A stretch of DNA of 63,409 nucleotides, counting the filler, from Octopus bimaculoides (taxonomy: Eukaryota), in the NCBI RefSeq assembly GCF_001194135.2. It is 10 parts of 10 records of this genome, joined end to end, with 100 filler letters (N's around TTAATTAATTAA, not from the genome) between each part and the next. Parts side by side here need not be neighbours in the genome. Positions count along the whole stretch, not along the records: positions 40,331 to 44,868 come from NC_069008.1; positions 44,969 to 47,547 come from NC_068988.1; positions 47,648 to 51,493 come from NC_068985.1; positions 51,594 to 56,337 come from NC_068981.1; 6 more parts are not named here. One strand, given 5' to 3'. The notes beneath the pieces are model-generated. The model was not told where the DNA came from and did not search any database. It worked only from the letters and a program-made list of their open reading frames with translations. Below are positions 41,470 through 54,568 of this stretch, one piece after another. Every line of letters begins with the position of its first letter. The first letter of the stretch is position 1. A program made the translations under genes and the position numbers.

Positions 41470-41850
41470 TATCTTTTATTTTTTACTTATTCCAGTCATT
41501 TGACTGTGGCCATGCTGGGGCACCGCCTTGAAGGATTTTTTTAGTAATATGAATTGACTAATTTTTCTAAGCTTGGTACTTAATCTATTCATCCTTTTGT
41601 TGAACCACTAAGTTACTGGGATGCAAACACACCAACACCAGTTGTCAAGCAGTGGTGGGGGACAACACAGAGACACATATACAAATACATATATACGACA
41701 GGTTTTTTTCAGTTTCCATCTCCTAACAAGGTTTTAGTCAGCCCAAGGCTATAGTAGAAGACACTTGCCCTAGGTACCACGCCCTGGAACTGAATCTGGA
41801 ACCAAGTAGTTGGGAAGCAGGCTTCTTACCACACAACCACATCTGCACCA
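41470..41850 (-). mobile_element. SINE family B, CpG-decayed
   Basis: RC ggtgcagatgtggttgtgtggtaagaagcctgcttccc...ggcggtgccccagcatggccacagtc. Confidence 0.8.
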
Positions 41851-41906
41851 AATAGAAACAACCAAAACAATAGCAGCAGCAACAACAACAGCAGCAATAA
41901 TGATAA

Positions 41907-42120
41907 TCCTTTCTACTATAGACACAAGGCCTGAAATTTAGGGGAAGGGGCCAGTCAGTTAGGTTGATCCCCAGTTCACAACTGGTATTTAATTTATCGA
42001 CCCTAAAAGGATGAAAAGCAGAGCTGACCACGTCAGAATTTGAACTCAGAATGTAGTGGCAGATGAAATATCGCTAAGCATTTCACCTGGCATGCTAGCG
42101 ATTCTGACAGCTGGCCACCT
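41907..42120 (-). mobile_element. SINE family A, CpG-decayed
   Basis: Homologous to 37878-38095; further copies at about 42835-43145 and 63293-63409. Confidence 0.8.
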
Positions 42121-42631
42121 TAACAACAACAACAACAACAATAATAATAATGATCCTTTTATGCAATAGGGCACAAGGCCTGAAATTTTGGAGGAGGGAG
42201 CTAGTTAATGACATTAATCCTAGTACTCAAAATGTGTAATAACAGTAATAATCTGTATAATAATCTGCTTGTTCATTCACCCATTATATTTTATTTTGTA
42301 AGGGAGGTGGAGTGAGTGAGAGAGAGAAGGGAGAAGTGTGAGTGGAAAAGAAAGAGGTAAGGAAGAAGTGAAGAAAGATGTATAATAATGCCAAATGCGC
42401 TACGTGGTTAGTTGAAGGGAGAGGTGAGGAGCAAGAGAACAAGATGGTGAGAAAAAAGAGGGAAAGTGGAGTGTTAACGACGTGCTGTAGGGTGGGGAAG
42501 GGAAAATTAAAGAGAAAGAGATATGTTTAGGATACAATATTTAGCAGAGGATGATGTCCTGGCGGTGAGGTTAAAGATAGACAGGTAAAGAGAGATGGGC
42601 AGGGCAGGCAGTTACATGGAGTGATAGGTAG

Positions 42632-42682
<51 letters not shown>

Positions 42683-43146
42683 CAGATAGCGTTTGTATTG
42701 TCAGAGTAGAGATATAGCAACAGTAAGAATAAGCTCTAAAAAACAGATGAACTGAAATGAAATGAGCTTTGTTATTGAGAACTGTAGGCATGATGGTGGT
42801 GATGATGCTGGTGTGTTGACAGTAAGAAGTATGGTTTCAAATTTTTCCACTAGCGCAGCAGTTTTGGGGTAGGGGATTAGCTGATTACATCGACCCCAGT
42901 GTTCAAATGTTACTCATGTTATTGGCCCCGAAAGGATGAAAGGCAAAATTGACCTCAGTGGAATTTGAACTCAGAATGGACAAAATACCACTAAGCATTT
43001 GATTCTGTCAGCTCACTGCCTTTATAATAGTAACAGTAATAATGATTTCAAATTTTAGCACAAGGCCAGCAATTTTGGTGGATGAGTTAAGTCGATTACA
43101 TTGACCCCCCCATGTTCAATTGGTACTTATTTTATCAACCCTGAAA

Positions 43147-43215
<69 letters not shown>

Positions 43216-43229
43216 TAGAAAAGCAGCTC

Positions 43230-43660
43230 ATTTCTACCCATATACATGCATGCTGAAAATCACCCAATTTCCCAAACCAATGCCGGCGAAAACAGGTTTA
43301 TCTGGTATTTCTTGGGGGTAATCATCTAGGGATCGTTTGAATGCTGTGAAGTCACTTTTCTCATTTATGTGTGTCTGGCATGATGTTGAAGAGAGTTTGG
43401 CCAATTGAGGTGAAATAGTTCTGTCATAGTGTTGTGATACGATACGAACATTTCTGTAGTGGACGGATGGTATGGGGGCCAAGCCTCGGATGAATTTTAA
43501 AGATGGGCAATGTTGATGGAATATTTTCCATATCATACAGATGATATAGAGAGCTCACAGTGGCGGTGGAGGGAGCAAAGCCTGAAATTTGGGAGTCGAC
43601 CTCAATAGTCAAGGCTTGTCATGCCATCTCCGCAGACTTCTGCCAAGCAGCACATTTTAA
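43230..43660 (-). mobile_element. CR1/L2-group LINE 3' end
   Basis: MIWKIFHQHCP..FKIHPRLGPHTIRPLQK..KSDFTAFKRSLDDYPQEIPDKP; related RT fragment [19 protein letters not shown] at about 62118-62174 (+). Confidence 0.65.
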
Positions 43661-43789
43661 GATAAATATGTGAGTAAAATTACTAATAGAGAAATGAAAA
43701 TAAACTTTGGAAACAGCAATACCACCATAGGTTACATGGAAACAATGAACGTGTTTTCAGGGGAGATAATCAAAGAACGTAACATTGTA

Positions 43790-44015
43790 ATACTTCATGT
43801 AAAGTAAATATAACAAATGAAAAGTCCTTCAAGAATCCATAAAAATTCATGGATCACTACCAAAATTTCATCATCTGTTTCTTGTGCCATTACCAACTTT
43901 TCCTTAAGTTTCATCAAATACCGTTCACAACTTTTTGAGTTATTTTGCACACAGTCGGACAGACGGACAAACCAACGCCGATGAAAACATAACTTCCTTC
44001 CTTGGCGGAGGTAAT
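43790..44015 (-). mobile_element. Non-autonomous repeat, possibly Helentron/HINE-like
   Basis: RC ttacctccgccaaggaaggaagttatgttttcatcggcgttggtttgtccgtctgtccgactg with GTCY repeats; classification inferred. Confidence 0.45.
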
Positions 44016-44052
44016 AATAATGATAATAATAATGATAATAATGATAACAATG

Positions 44053-44103
<51 letters not shown>

Positions 44104-44572
44104 GATGCAGTACCAGGCAATGGCTCTCATGGCTTTTGATCTTAACTGATTGGAAGTGTTATCAGTTACATTGTTTTGTCTTGGTATAAAAGATGGACTA
44201 CAACAAATATTCTGCTCAATACCACAGATTTGCTTGTCAGTCGTGTGACCTTAACCAGTTAAGGATGTCCCTTAGTGGCTGACAATAGGTACATCTCTGA
44301 TGATGAGCAGGAGTGTTTGGGGAGCATCATAGCCATGTGTTGAGCAGGGTGCTTTGAGGTTTGGATAATTCACCTCTGGAAACATAGGTGTTTTGCTCAA
44401 CATCCTTAAACAAACCTTATTCAAGGACCATTTGAGTGGGATGGGTTACTTGACCTGAAGAAAATTCTAACTGGGCCCCACCTGGAAGGTCATGCGCTGT
44501 TTGTTTTGATATGAGATCACCATGTCATAAACATATAGTTGTGATGCATGTGCTACTCTCTCACACAATAAA

Positions 44573-44615
<43 letters not shown>

Positions 44616-44694
44616 TTTTTTAAAAAAGGATTGACGTAACTCTTCACGAAGGTAAATAGTCAAGACGAAGAGTGCGATTTTAGATGTTTTATTT

Positions 44695-44739
44695 TTTGAA
44701 CAACATTTCGACAGAACGTCTGTCTTTCTCAAGTTCAAA
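44695..44739 (-). ncRNA. Minimal hammerhead-like motif, U3:A8 core variant
   Basis: tttgaac-TTGAGAA-a-gacag-acgtt-ctgtc-GAAA-tg-TT-gttcaaa; 7-bp stem I, 5-bp stem II. Confidence 0.55.
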
Positions 44740-46204
44740 CCAAAAGGTGATTGAAAATTCAAAATTTCAGAAACCAAACGTAGACTATGAACGTGAGTAA
44801 CCAGCGTCCATACGTTGATAGAATGACATCATCAGCTTTTGTCAGTTTTTTAATAAGCAGAAAGAAAGNNNNNNNNNNNNNNNNNNNNNNNNNNNNNNNN
44901 NNNNNNNNNNNNTTAATTAATTAANNNNNNNNNNNNNNNNNNNNNNNNNNNNNNNNNNNNNNNNNNNNTATATATATATATATATGACGGGCCTATTTAG
45001 TATCTGGTCCATTCACAAGATTTGGGTCGGCCCGATGCTATAGTAGAAGACACCTCTCCGCAGTTACACGTTGAGGGCCTGAACCCAGAATCATATGGTT
45101 GGGAAACAAACTTCTTACGATGCACCCACTCAAGGATATTTTACATTCAGTAGATCTAATTTTCAGTGTACAATCTTATAGTTGTTATAATGTCATGGTG
45201 CAACGTTTGAAAGGAACACTGAGTTTCATTACGTTATATTTCCCATAGTTAAGTTTAAAATGTTATACACCTGGTTCTGCAAACCATGCCCGCTTTAAAT
45301 GAATAATGAACAATTGATTGTTAGCAAATTGAATCAACATCAAATGAGAAGAGATAATCGCAAACATTAAAAAAATCTTCCAAATGTCATATGCCATTTT
45401 GGAAAGGAGAATCAGATTGTCTGGAGATAACATAACCGCTCTCATAACAGCAGCTCTGCTACATTGTTTCCAGCAGGTGGAGCATTTAGAAATGCGCAAG
45501 AAAAAAATGATAAAGCCTAGAAGATATTAATGGCCTAGGTAATTTGCATAAATGAAAGGAAAACGCAGTTAAAGAAATAATTTATATTCGACGTATACGC
45601 CTCAGAATTTGTTGATATCTGACAAGATGGACTACACATTATAAGAGAAACTACTGACACCAAACTCTTCAAAGTCTTTGAAGAGTTTGATATTTGCTAG
45701 GTAGTTGAGTGTATGTGCGTGTGTGTGCGCATGTGTGTGTAGGTGTATAATCTATCACTTATTTCTGCACCACGATATTTTAGGTAATTTGAAATGTTAA
45801 TTTCCATATTTATTAAATATATTTCTAATAATACCATTTCCACACATCCATTATTGTATTATTTATGGATATATTCTAGCAAAATCTACGCCCATATCAT
45901 CTGAACATGAGATTGCGTTGTATATTTTCTGGCTTCTTTCTTGTATGCCTGTTTATACAAATTTATATTTCTCTGTTTATGAAAAGACGTCTATTTCTGG
46001 CAGTTCTAAATATATACCAATGTGTTTGCGTCTGTGCGTGTGTCTGATTATGTTTGTTTCTGTGTGTATGTGTGCGTGTGCACTACTTATATAGGTTTAA
46101 TTTCAAATACCTCTTCCTTGGTGAAAGCAATTGTGTACACTATATCAGACTTTGTTTCTTCCAACTTCATCCTGGCATAAACATTCTTCATTCTTTTTAA
46201 CATT

Positions 46205-46263
<59 letters not shown>

Positions 46264-47144
46264 CATATATATAACATGCTTGGCCATTGATATATTCTTA
46301 AATAAAGTAAATTATTTATAATATATTTTGTGCGTAATGTTTCTACATTACTCTCTACTTATTTAGATTTTACTATCTGGTTATTTTGCCGTGGTTCGAA
46401 ATTACCAGTCTTTTCACATCAAAGCTGTGCATGGCATTTGAATCTAAAACTTGAATATGTAGATAGAAGTGAAAGCATTTCTATTGCCAGTTGGGATTCA
46501 TGCTAGCCCCGAGGTAATGTCATGTTTGATTTCTATCTATAGGAATATTTCCCCTGACGAGGCGAATGCGTCGCTTAAGTGGTTCCTAACGCCGAAGTTG
46601 CGATAGAAAATTAACCAATTATTTTCAAGTTGTGGATTCTATTTGCCATGTCGCCCGAAGACAGTTTCTATCGTGAGGAGAAATATGAGTGATATATTGG
46701 CTGCTATTTTTAACATGTAAAGGTTTTTTAACCCTCTTAATTATAATTGTGACTTGTTCATAATTACTCACCCCGAAACCTGCGTGCGGACTCTCACACT
46801 ATCACTCCTATATATGTAAGTACACACAAACACACATATATACACAATTCTCTACCCACACACATAATTGTATACATACGCACCCATGCTGAAATAAGTG
46901 TAGGTAGAAGACTTCTCAAGGCAACTGGAAACCCATGCATCTTAACGAAAGTATTATCTGTCTGAGTTCCGTATTATCCATTGAGTATTATCGATTAAGT
47001 ACCGCAATAAACAAACTTGCAACACGACAGTAAACATGTGTTCATCGTAATGGTACTTACTTTGATGAATAAAATTTCCGCATTATTAAATATATTGTGA
47101 TGAATTTCATGCTTCAAAACGTTGCTTATTTTTCCCTGAGCCTG

Positions 47145-47175
<31 letters not shown>

Positions 47176-47647
47176 TATATATATGGCAATTAAGCGGATA
47201 AATAAATTAGACACATTAAATATTTTAAATATATTTGATGTATTTAATATATTTAATATATGTGATGTGTCTAATTTGTTTATTCGCATAAGTGAGTCGA
47301 TACCCAGTCAACTCGATCCTTGTTATAGCCTTCTTTTTCTCTGTTGAATCGATCCCTTTTATACACATTGGAGTCAAAATTGAATATTATATGTGTGTGT
47401 GTGTGTGTATGTATTTATACGTGTGTGTGCATAAATACGTTTACGTATTTATGCATACATATATATCTACATAAAAACATATACGTTTATATATTTCACA
47501 CCTACATATATATATATGTATATATATGTATATGTATATATATATATNNNNNNNNNNNNNNNNNNNNNNNNNNNNNNNNNNNNNNNNNNNNTTAATTAAT
47601 TAANNNNNNNNNNNNNNNNNNNNNNNNNNNNNNNNNNNNNNNNNNNN

Positions 47648-47690
<43 letters not shown>

Positions 47691-50600
47691 CTTGACATGT
47701 CTGTGGATAAAGATATATGTATAGGCGCTTATATATGTGTGTTTGTGTGTACATATATATTGATTAATCATGCGTGAAAATAACTAAAGAAACAATAAAG
47801 CATAAATATATTAATAAAAATATTTGTGGTAATTATTCATTTTATCCCAAATCACTTCTTTTCGTTTTAATCACTTGAGTATGATCATCAGACACGTTCG
47901 GCAACACTGTAATTCGTTCACTGATCTCTACAGCGAAGCAGCAGGACAAAGCGAAGTCATTATTGACGTGGTGTTTCTAAAATCATAAACAAATGATGAA
48001 AGAATTGAGATGTGTTTGATATAATTTTCCATGACTAGAATAGCAATAGTATATAAGTTATCAGCATAGCGTTACACATTTCCTATAATAATGTGCAAAA
48101 TCAAGTTGAACGACCGGAGAATTACATTCGTCTCGTTTCTGGATTCCAAACCTTCTGATAGTTGAAGAATGTATCTATCGTTCTATTTGTACTTGCAGCA
48201 GACGGTAAAATGGAGAACAATTTCGGTAAGGTCCTTGTCATTCCAATAATGATTAATCAAATGCATTTTCTCGAAAATAGCAACACTATAATAATAATTA
48301 TTGTTAGAACATTCTTACATAGTACTTATTAAACACAAACAATGTTCTTATGTATTAACTATGAACACAGATTCGTTTGTTAGTATTTAAGACTAATGTG
48401 TGGTAGATGTAGTCGTCCGACCCCTTTTCCGAAATTGTGCCAAAATTTGAAACCAGTATTTAAAATTTAACATTGTCTTTAATCTTGGGCATCCTTTTTA
48501 TTTCAAATTATTTGTGGCATGTTTTCTGTCGAACGTTGTATGAATTATTTCGTAATTTTGAACTTATTTAAATGGCACTTCTTTTCGAATTTGAATAATT
48601 GTATGCATTTCCTCTGAGATGCATATTATCATGCTACATAAAGTAACAACGGTAACACTAGTAAAATAAGAACAGGCCTTCAGGAATTCTGTGTTGGCCT
48701 GGTTGCAGTTCAATATAGGGAAACTAAAGAAACAGACAGGGGAAAAAACGATACATAAGGGAATGCTGAAATGCTTAAAGGAATATTATAGCCATAGATT
48801 AATATTAAACAGAAGAAAATTTCCCAAAATGAACAAGAACTCAACATCGTAACGGCCATCAATTTTCTGCCCATGCTTATGAAATTCCCATCAGGACGCT
48901 ATATATGATGGCATGAACACGCACACACAGGCACAGACAAACACCCACTCACACAAGAAAGAACAAGAAAAGAATTATTTCTTTTAGAATACGCTATCGA
49001 ATGTAGACGACGTAACGAATAAACAATCATATCAAAATGAAGAGAATTCAACGTCCGTTCTTGCATATATAAATGAAGACGATATCATTCAACCAGAGAT
49101 TAAAAGCAGAATACATACTTTGAATATGAATCATAAACTACAGACAGTAACCGATGAACGCTATCACAATCTAATTAAAAGGTCGAACTTTATTAGTCAT
49201 TCGTCAAATGTGGAAAACAAAACAGCTAAAACATTAAGAGACTTGCGAGTAATGCATTTCTGTTCTATACTAATTTTTTACAGTCTCTCTGTCTACATCG
49301 TTCATTATTGTGAGGGAACAAGATGCAGTATCAAATCATTGGATGATGAAAGTCTAACATACGCAGATTGATAACCAAGTCACAAAAAAAAAAATGTGGG
49401 TTAAAAACTGAAAGAGTATCTAACGCAAATAAAAAATTGAAAACATGAAACAGATATTCTACAATTAGTCGAAGTTCTATATGATTTGTGCATAGAAAAT
49501 ACTTTATAGAAACAAAAACAATACCGAAACATAGAACATGTACAGAGTCTTAGCAAACAAATGGTATGCCAGGAAGCCTCAAAGAAACATCTTAAATAAA
49601 ATCTCGTTGATTGAGAATACGAAAAGAAGACAAATATGCAAACAGCGATAAAGAATAAAAAAAAAGATCTCTCAGTTTTTAACGAAGTCCAGACTGTACA
49701 GAAAACGAGACAACTAAAAAGTACATATAACAAAATGTCTTCAAAGTTTCAGAAGGAATAATATTGCAGCGAATAATCTAACACCGGGAAGAAAGGAATC
49801 TGTCACTAGAAAAGTAGAATGGATTATGCAAATGATTGTGATATATTAAAGATGAAAAGTTGAGGAAATTGCTTTCGTCTGGGATATGCCAAACCAGAAC
49901 TAGAGATGTACATACATGTAATTACATAGCTATACGTATAATATATACGTACATAAGTACATGGATATTATAGAGAATAATCCCTTGATGGTGGTTGAAG
50001 GACAAGAGCCTTCGAATGGTTGTAAAACTTCCAACTGATAAGTTGAGTTTCAAAAGGCAATAATGAATAGTAATGTATCGCAGACAATTTCGAGAGAAAT
50101 TTCAATGAGGCAATAGCATCCTAAACAAATGTAACAATTATGCAAATGTAAGGATAAAGAAAAGAAAAAGGTAACAAAACCATTGTGTTTGGAAGAAAAA
50201 GCGTCCACCATTATAATATGGATTGATTCTGGCCAGGATTGAAAAAAATAAATACACAATATGTTATTTTAAAATTCTCAGAATTGACATGTATCTTCAG
50301 ACATCGATATTTACATATCCACATCTAAGATTCATCCTGTAACTACAGTGGTATTGCTTTAAAAAACAAGGACATTAAATGAAAATATCACTAGCTTGTT
50401 GCCTTCACCATACTCAAAATTGCAAGAAATACCAATACCAAGGAAACATAAACCGTACAATTTTATTCCGCCTGATTCATAAGTTTTCATGATGAATATA
50501 AATGTACATGACCCCAACAATATGCTGATGTCTAAATTCGTTTTTTATTATCTTTCCTGTAGCTTGCACAATTTCATATGGTCGAGTTTACGCTCCCGCA

Positions 50601-50774
50601 CACATATCTAAATATATCACTCAACATTACAAATCAGTCTATCCACCTGATCACTAAGTGTACATTTATGTTAATACTATATCTGTCTCACCATAGACTC
50701 ACAGTTCGATCGAGTTTCCGTCTTTACTGTTGCTTCTATGGTTAATACACACACTCAAACACACACGCACCACA

Positions 50775-50856
50775 TTGGGCAAATGTCTTCTATAGTCTCG
50801 GGCCGGCCAAAGCTTTGTGAGTGGATTTGGTAGACGGAAACTGAAAGAAGACCGTC

Positions 50857-50955
<99 letters not shown>

Positions 50956-51160
50956 CTAGCATGTCTGTTTCTCCTCCCAACATCAATTGACAACCGATGC
51001 TGGTGTGCTTACGTCCTGGTAACTTAGCGGTTGGGCAAAAAAAGACCGATAGAATAATTACTAGGCTTACAAAGAATAAGTCCTGGGGTCGATTTGCTCG
51101 ACTAAAAGCGGTGTTCCATCATGGCCGCAGTCAAATGACTGAAACAAGTAAAAGCGATAA
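50775..51160 (+). mobile_element. SINE family B, 5'-truncated, CpG-retaining
   Basis: ttgggcaaatgtcttctatagtctcgggccggccaaagc...gcggtgttccatcatggccgcagtcaaatgactgaaacaagtaaaag. Confidence 0.8.
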
Positions 51161-51277
51161 AGAATATATATATATATATATATATATAGGAGAATATACA
51201 AAAAATAACAACAGACGAGGACAGGTGGTGTAAATAACAAAAGTATATATTAGTATGACGCTCGGGAATACGGAAAA

Positions 51278-51314
51278 TCTTTGACGTTTCGAGCTACGCT
51301 CTTCAACAGAAAGA
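51278..51314 (-). ncRNA. Minimal hammerhead-like motif, A6>U mutated
   Basis: tcttt-CTGTTGA-a-gagc-gta-gctc-GAAA-cg-TC-aaaga; perfect 5-bp stem I; same subfamily as 28784-28818. Confidence 0.5.
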
Positions 51315-51593
51315 ATACGGAGACAAGGAGAAAAACACGGAGAAAAAAAAATTGAATAGTGTTCAGTCAACGGTCAATCATAATAATGGCCGATCATAAC
51401 AATGGCTGACCAGAAGTTAGAAATTCTTATTTCAGGAGAGCTAAGAAAGGGGGAGATAACAAACGGTGATCGGGAACGAGGGGCTGTGTGTGGNNNNNNN
51501 NNNNNNNNNNNNNNNNNNNNNNNNNNNNNNNNNNNNNTTAATTAATTAANNNNNNNNNNNNNNNNNNNNNNNNNNNNNNNNNNNNNNNNNNNN

Positions 51594-52060
51594 GCTTGAA
51601 AAAGTGGTAGTCAGTAGGAGAAAGGTCTGGGGAATAAGTTGGGTGTGGAAGAACTTCGTAGCCAAGTTCCCTCAACTTCTGGAGCGTCATTAGAGAAACG
51701 TGTGGTCGAGCATTATCATGAAAAATGATTGGCCCTCTTCTGTTGACCAGCCAGTGACGGGAAAGTAGCAGTTTTTCCTTCATTTTGGCAATTTCATGGC
51801 AATATGTTTCTGCAGTAATGGTTTTTCCGGGTTTTAAGAAGTTATAGTGGACGAGTCCAGCAGTACACCACCATGACCTTCATTTTGAAGAGCTCGGGAC
51901 TCGGGAAGGTTTTCGGTGCTACATTTCGGTCCAATCACTGCGAAAAACTTTTTTTTTATTATTGCACAGAATCATCTTTTCATTGCAAGTTACAATACGG
52001 TCAGAAAATGGATCGGTCTTGTTACGGAGAAGAAGCGACGAGCAAATTTCACACGATTTG
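51594..52060 (-). mobile_element. Mariner (DD34D-type) transposase remnant
   Basis: RGPIIFHDNARPHVSLMTLQKLRELGYEVLPHPTYSPDLSPTDYHFFK; cut off by a gap. Confidence 0.9.
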
Positions 52061-52169
52061 AATGAAAATCAGAAAATGCGCATATATGAAATTCTTTTAT
52101 ATTTACATACTTAAATGAGAATTGATATTAAAGGAAGAATCGACTGTAAGATTCAGCAGTGACAATTAG

Positions 52170-53100
52170 ATGTATTTGGTCTTTTCGTTTTCTACTTTGC
52201 GCATGCGTGTGTTATGAAAGGCTAGCTAGAGAATTTAATCTACCTTGCTTCGCCCCTGATCAGAAACATGTCTTTGATCGTTCTGCTCGAAGAAATATTC
52301 ATTCAACTGTAGCAGACGTTGAAGGAATTATCAGTTGGCAAATTGCACAAATCTCTGATTTAAAATTTATCCGTAAACTAGTTTTCTTTTATTCCGATGG
52401 TTACCATGTAAGTCAATCAACAGAATTGAATCTCATGGTAACTTGAAATGCTAAAAGAAGATGAGCTTTCAAAGAATTAATTTCAATGTCAACTGTATAT
52501 CTTGCAGTTATAAAATTCCTTTCTGATGCAGTGTTCTTCCTTGCTGATTGTCTTTAGAAGCAAAATCTTCAACTCTGAACATACCTTGTAAAAGTCGATA
52601 AAAGAGATTATAGTATTTTCAGCCTAAATTCCACATGTCTGTAATGGTTTCAGACAGTTAACAGCAATGTATCTTATCAAATTCTTATTTCATTTGTTCC
52701 TAAATGCGTTTCGCTTCTATAGTAATACAGCTCTTGTATAACCTTAGAATGTTATGTCCTTCTCGTATTCACCAAAGAGAATATTCAATAAATAGTTTTT
52801 GAAGCTTGTTTAGTACTTCCAGCCATCTTCACTCCATTTTCACTCCACTTGTTAGCGACAGTTTAGCTACTTGGATTAACTTTGATGTGAATTTCGTGTG
52901 CGAGTTCAAATCTTGGCCGTGGTTTAGTCCAGAGAAGAAATTTAACTTTTCCATTTTAAGCCTGACATACATTCCACCACCGAAGCTGCAGAGCAAGTCA
53001 CTGGATGGATTTGAATAAAGAGCGCAAACGGGTACTTTGCTGACACTGGGCTGCAAGCAGGGACTTGATCAACCCAGGCTGCGTCAACTGTGTGAAAGGG
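52170..53100 (-). mobile_element. hAT transposase C-terminal remnant
   Basis: QLIIPSTSATVE*IFLRAERSKTCF*SGAKQGRLNSLASLS matches the hAT dimerisation motif iP.tsa.vER.FS..k..KT.lRs.m.q.RLn.La; upstream extent approximate. Confidence 0.7.
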
Positions 53101-53713
53101 TTTAATGTTCAACGACCTGAATCTCCCTAAGATACCAAAAAAATTACTGATGGTGCATACCCGAGTGTTGGCGAAATGAATTAAATACTACTATATGTAA
53201 TTAAAATTTGTGAGAAGTCAGATCCCCTATTCAAATGCACTTTGATACAGGTTACTTTTAGTTGTAATTTATCAAACTTTTCACCATAACCGGTATATTT
53301 TTGTACTTGACTCAACAAATGAACTATTTTGAATAAGGAAACCATTGTTTTCAGGCCTGGAAGGATAAATAGATAAAACTAGATAGATAACAATTCCCAG
53401 TAGAAATAAAGATTAGCAATATCTAAAACAACCTAATTACCTGCTCAGAAGATATTAGAATATAACAAAAAAAAAAAGAAAAAAGAGAATCTAATGATGA
53501 GCTATCAGCGCAGAGCATTCACTTTATAAATTTAATGGAAGGCTACATTGACACCGCAGTGCTTTTTAACTTTCGAGGCTCAGCGAAGGCAGGCCCTGAT
53601 GTATTTCTATATTCTTCAACTCGATCCGCACTTTGACGCTATGTATGTATGTATGTATGTATGTATGTATGTCTGAGTGTGGAGGGTATATTTTCCCATA
53701 ATTCTTTTCATGT

Positions 53714-53778
<65 letters not shown>

Positions 53779-53898
53779 NNNNNNNNNNNNNNNNNNNNNN
53801 NNNNNNNNNNNNNNNNNNNNNNNNNNNNNNNNNNNNNNNNNNNNNNNNNNNNNNNNNNNNNNNNNNNNNNNNNNNNNNNNNNNNNNNNNNNNNNNNNN

Positions 53899-53972
<74 letters not shown>

Positions 53973-53989
53973 GAGTACATTGGGCAAAA

Positions 53990-54568
53990 TAATAAAAACA
54001 CCTTGTAAAATAGGTTTGTAATTTGATACGAGTTGGTCCACTTTTGTCATCAATCACAGCTTTAACATGTCAAAAAATTAACTCGTACAGGTTCTGTACG
54101 TTTGTTAGGAGAATTTTGAGCCAATCTTCAGGCAAAACATGCTTCAGCTGTTTCAGTGATGATGATAAGCAGTCTAGACACCATTTCTTCCGCTTAACAA
54201 TGTTGATGGAAGAAAGGAGAAATCTAGCAATTGCAGCTTTATTTTTGTAACCAACTTTATGGAGTTCTCGACGAAAAGTTTTGGTTGGCAAGGGTGTGGC
54301 TTAACTCTGATGTTACTTTTGTTGCCGTAACTCGATGGTTTTAGATACAGCACCTTTCACTACTCTGCCGCTCCTTTCTGTGAGCTTTGCCTTTTGCCTA
54401 GAATTATGCTTGCCAAAACTGGTTTTATTTTGGTTTTGGAATGCCAACATGATTTTTAGGGATTATAACTCTCGAAACATTAAACGACTCAGTAGTTTTA
54501 GTGACTGAAGCTCCAACCATTCGCCCTTCAATAATCTGTCCTCTTCGGAAATCAGATAGGTCGCGCAT
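53990..54568 (-). mobile_element. Tc1-like element with internal deletion of the DDE core
   Basis: MRDLSDFRRGQIIEGRMVGASVTKT..RRELHKVGY..KRKKWC joined to C-terminal LPEDWLKI..VQNLYE..HVKAVIDDKSGPT. Confidence 0.75.

Noticed and set aside
46554-46610. CTGACGA-ggcg...cgcc-GAAG as a fifth hammerhead
   Set aside because: GAAG rather than GAAA, and no convincing stem I or UH site
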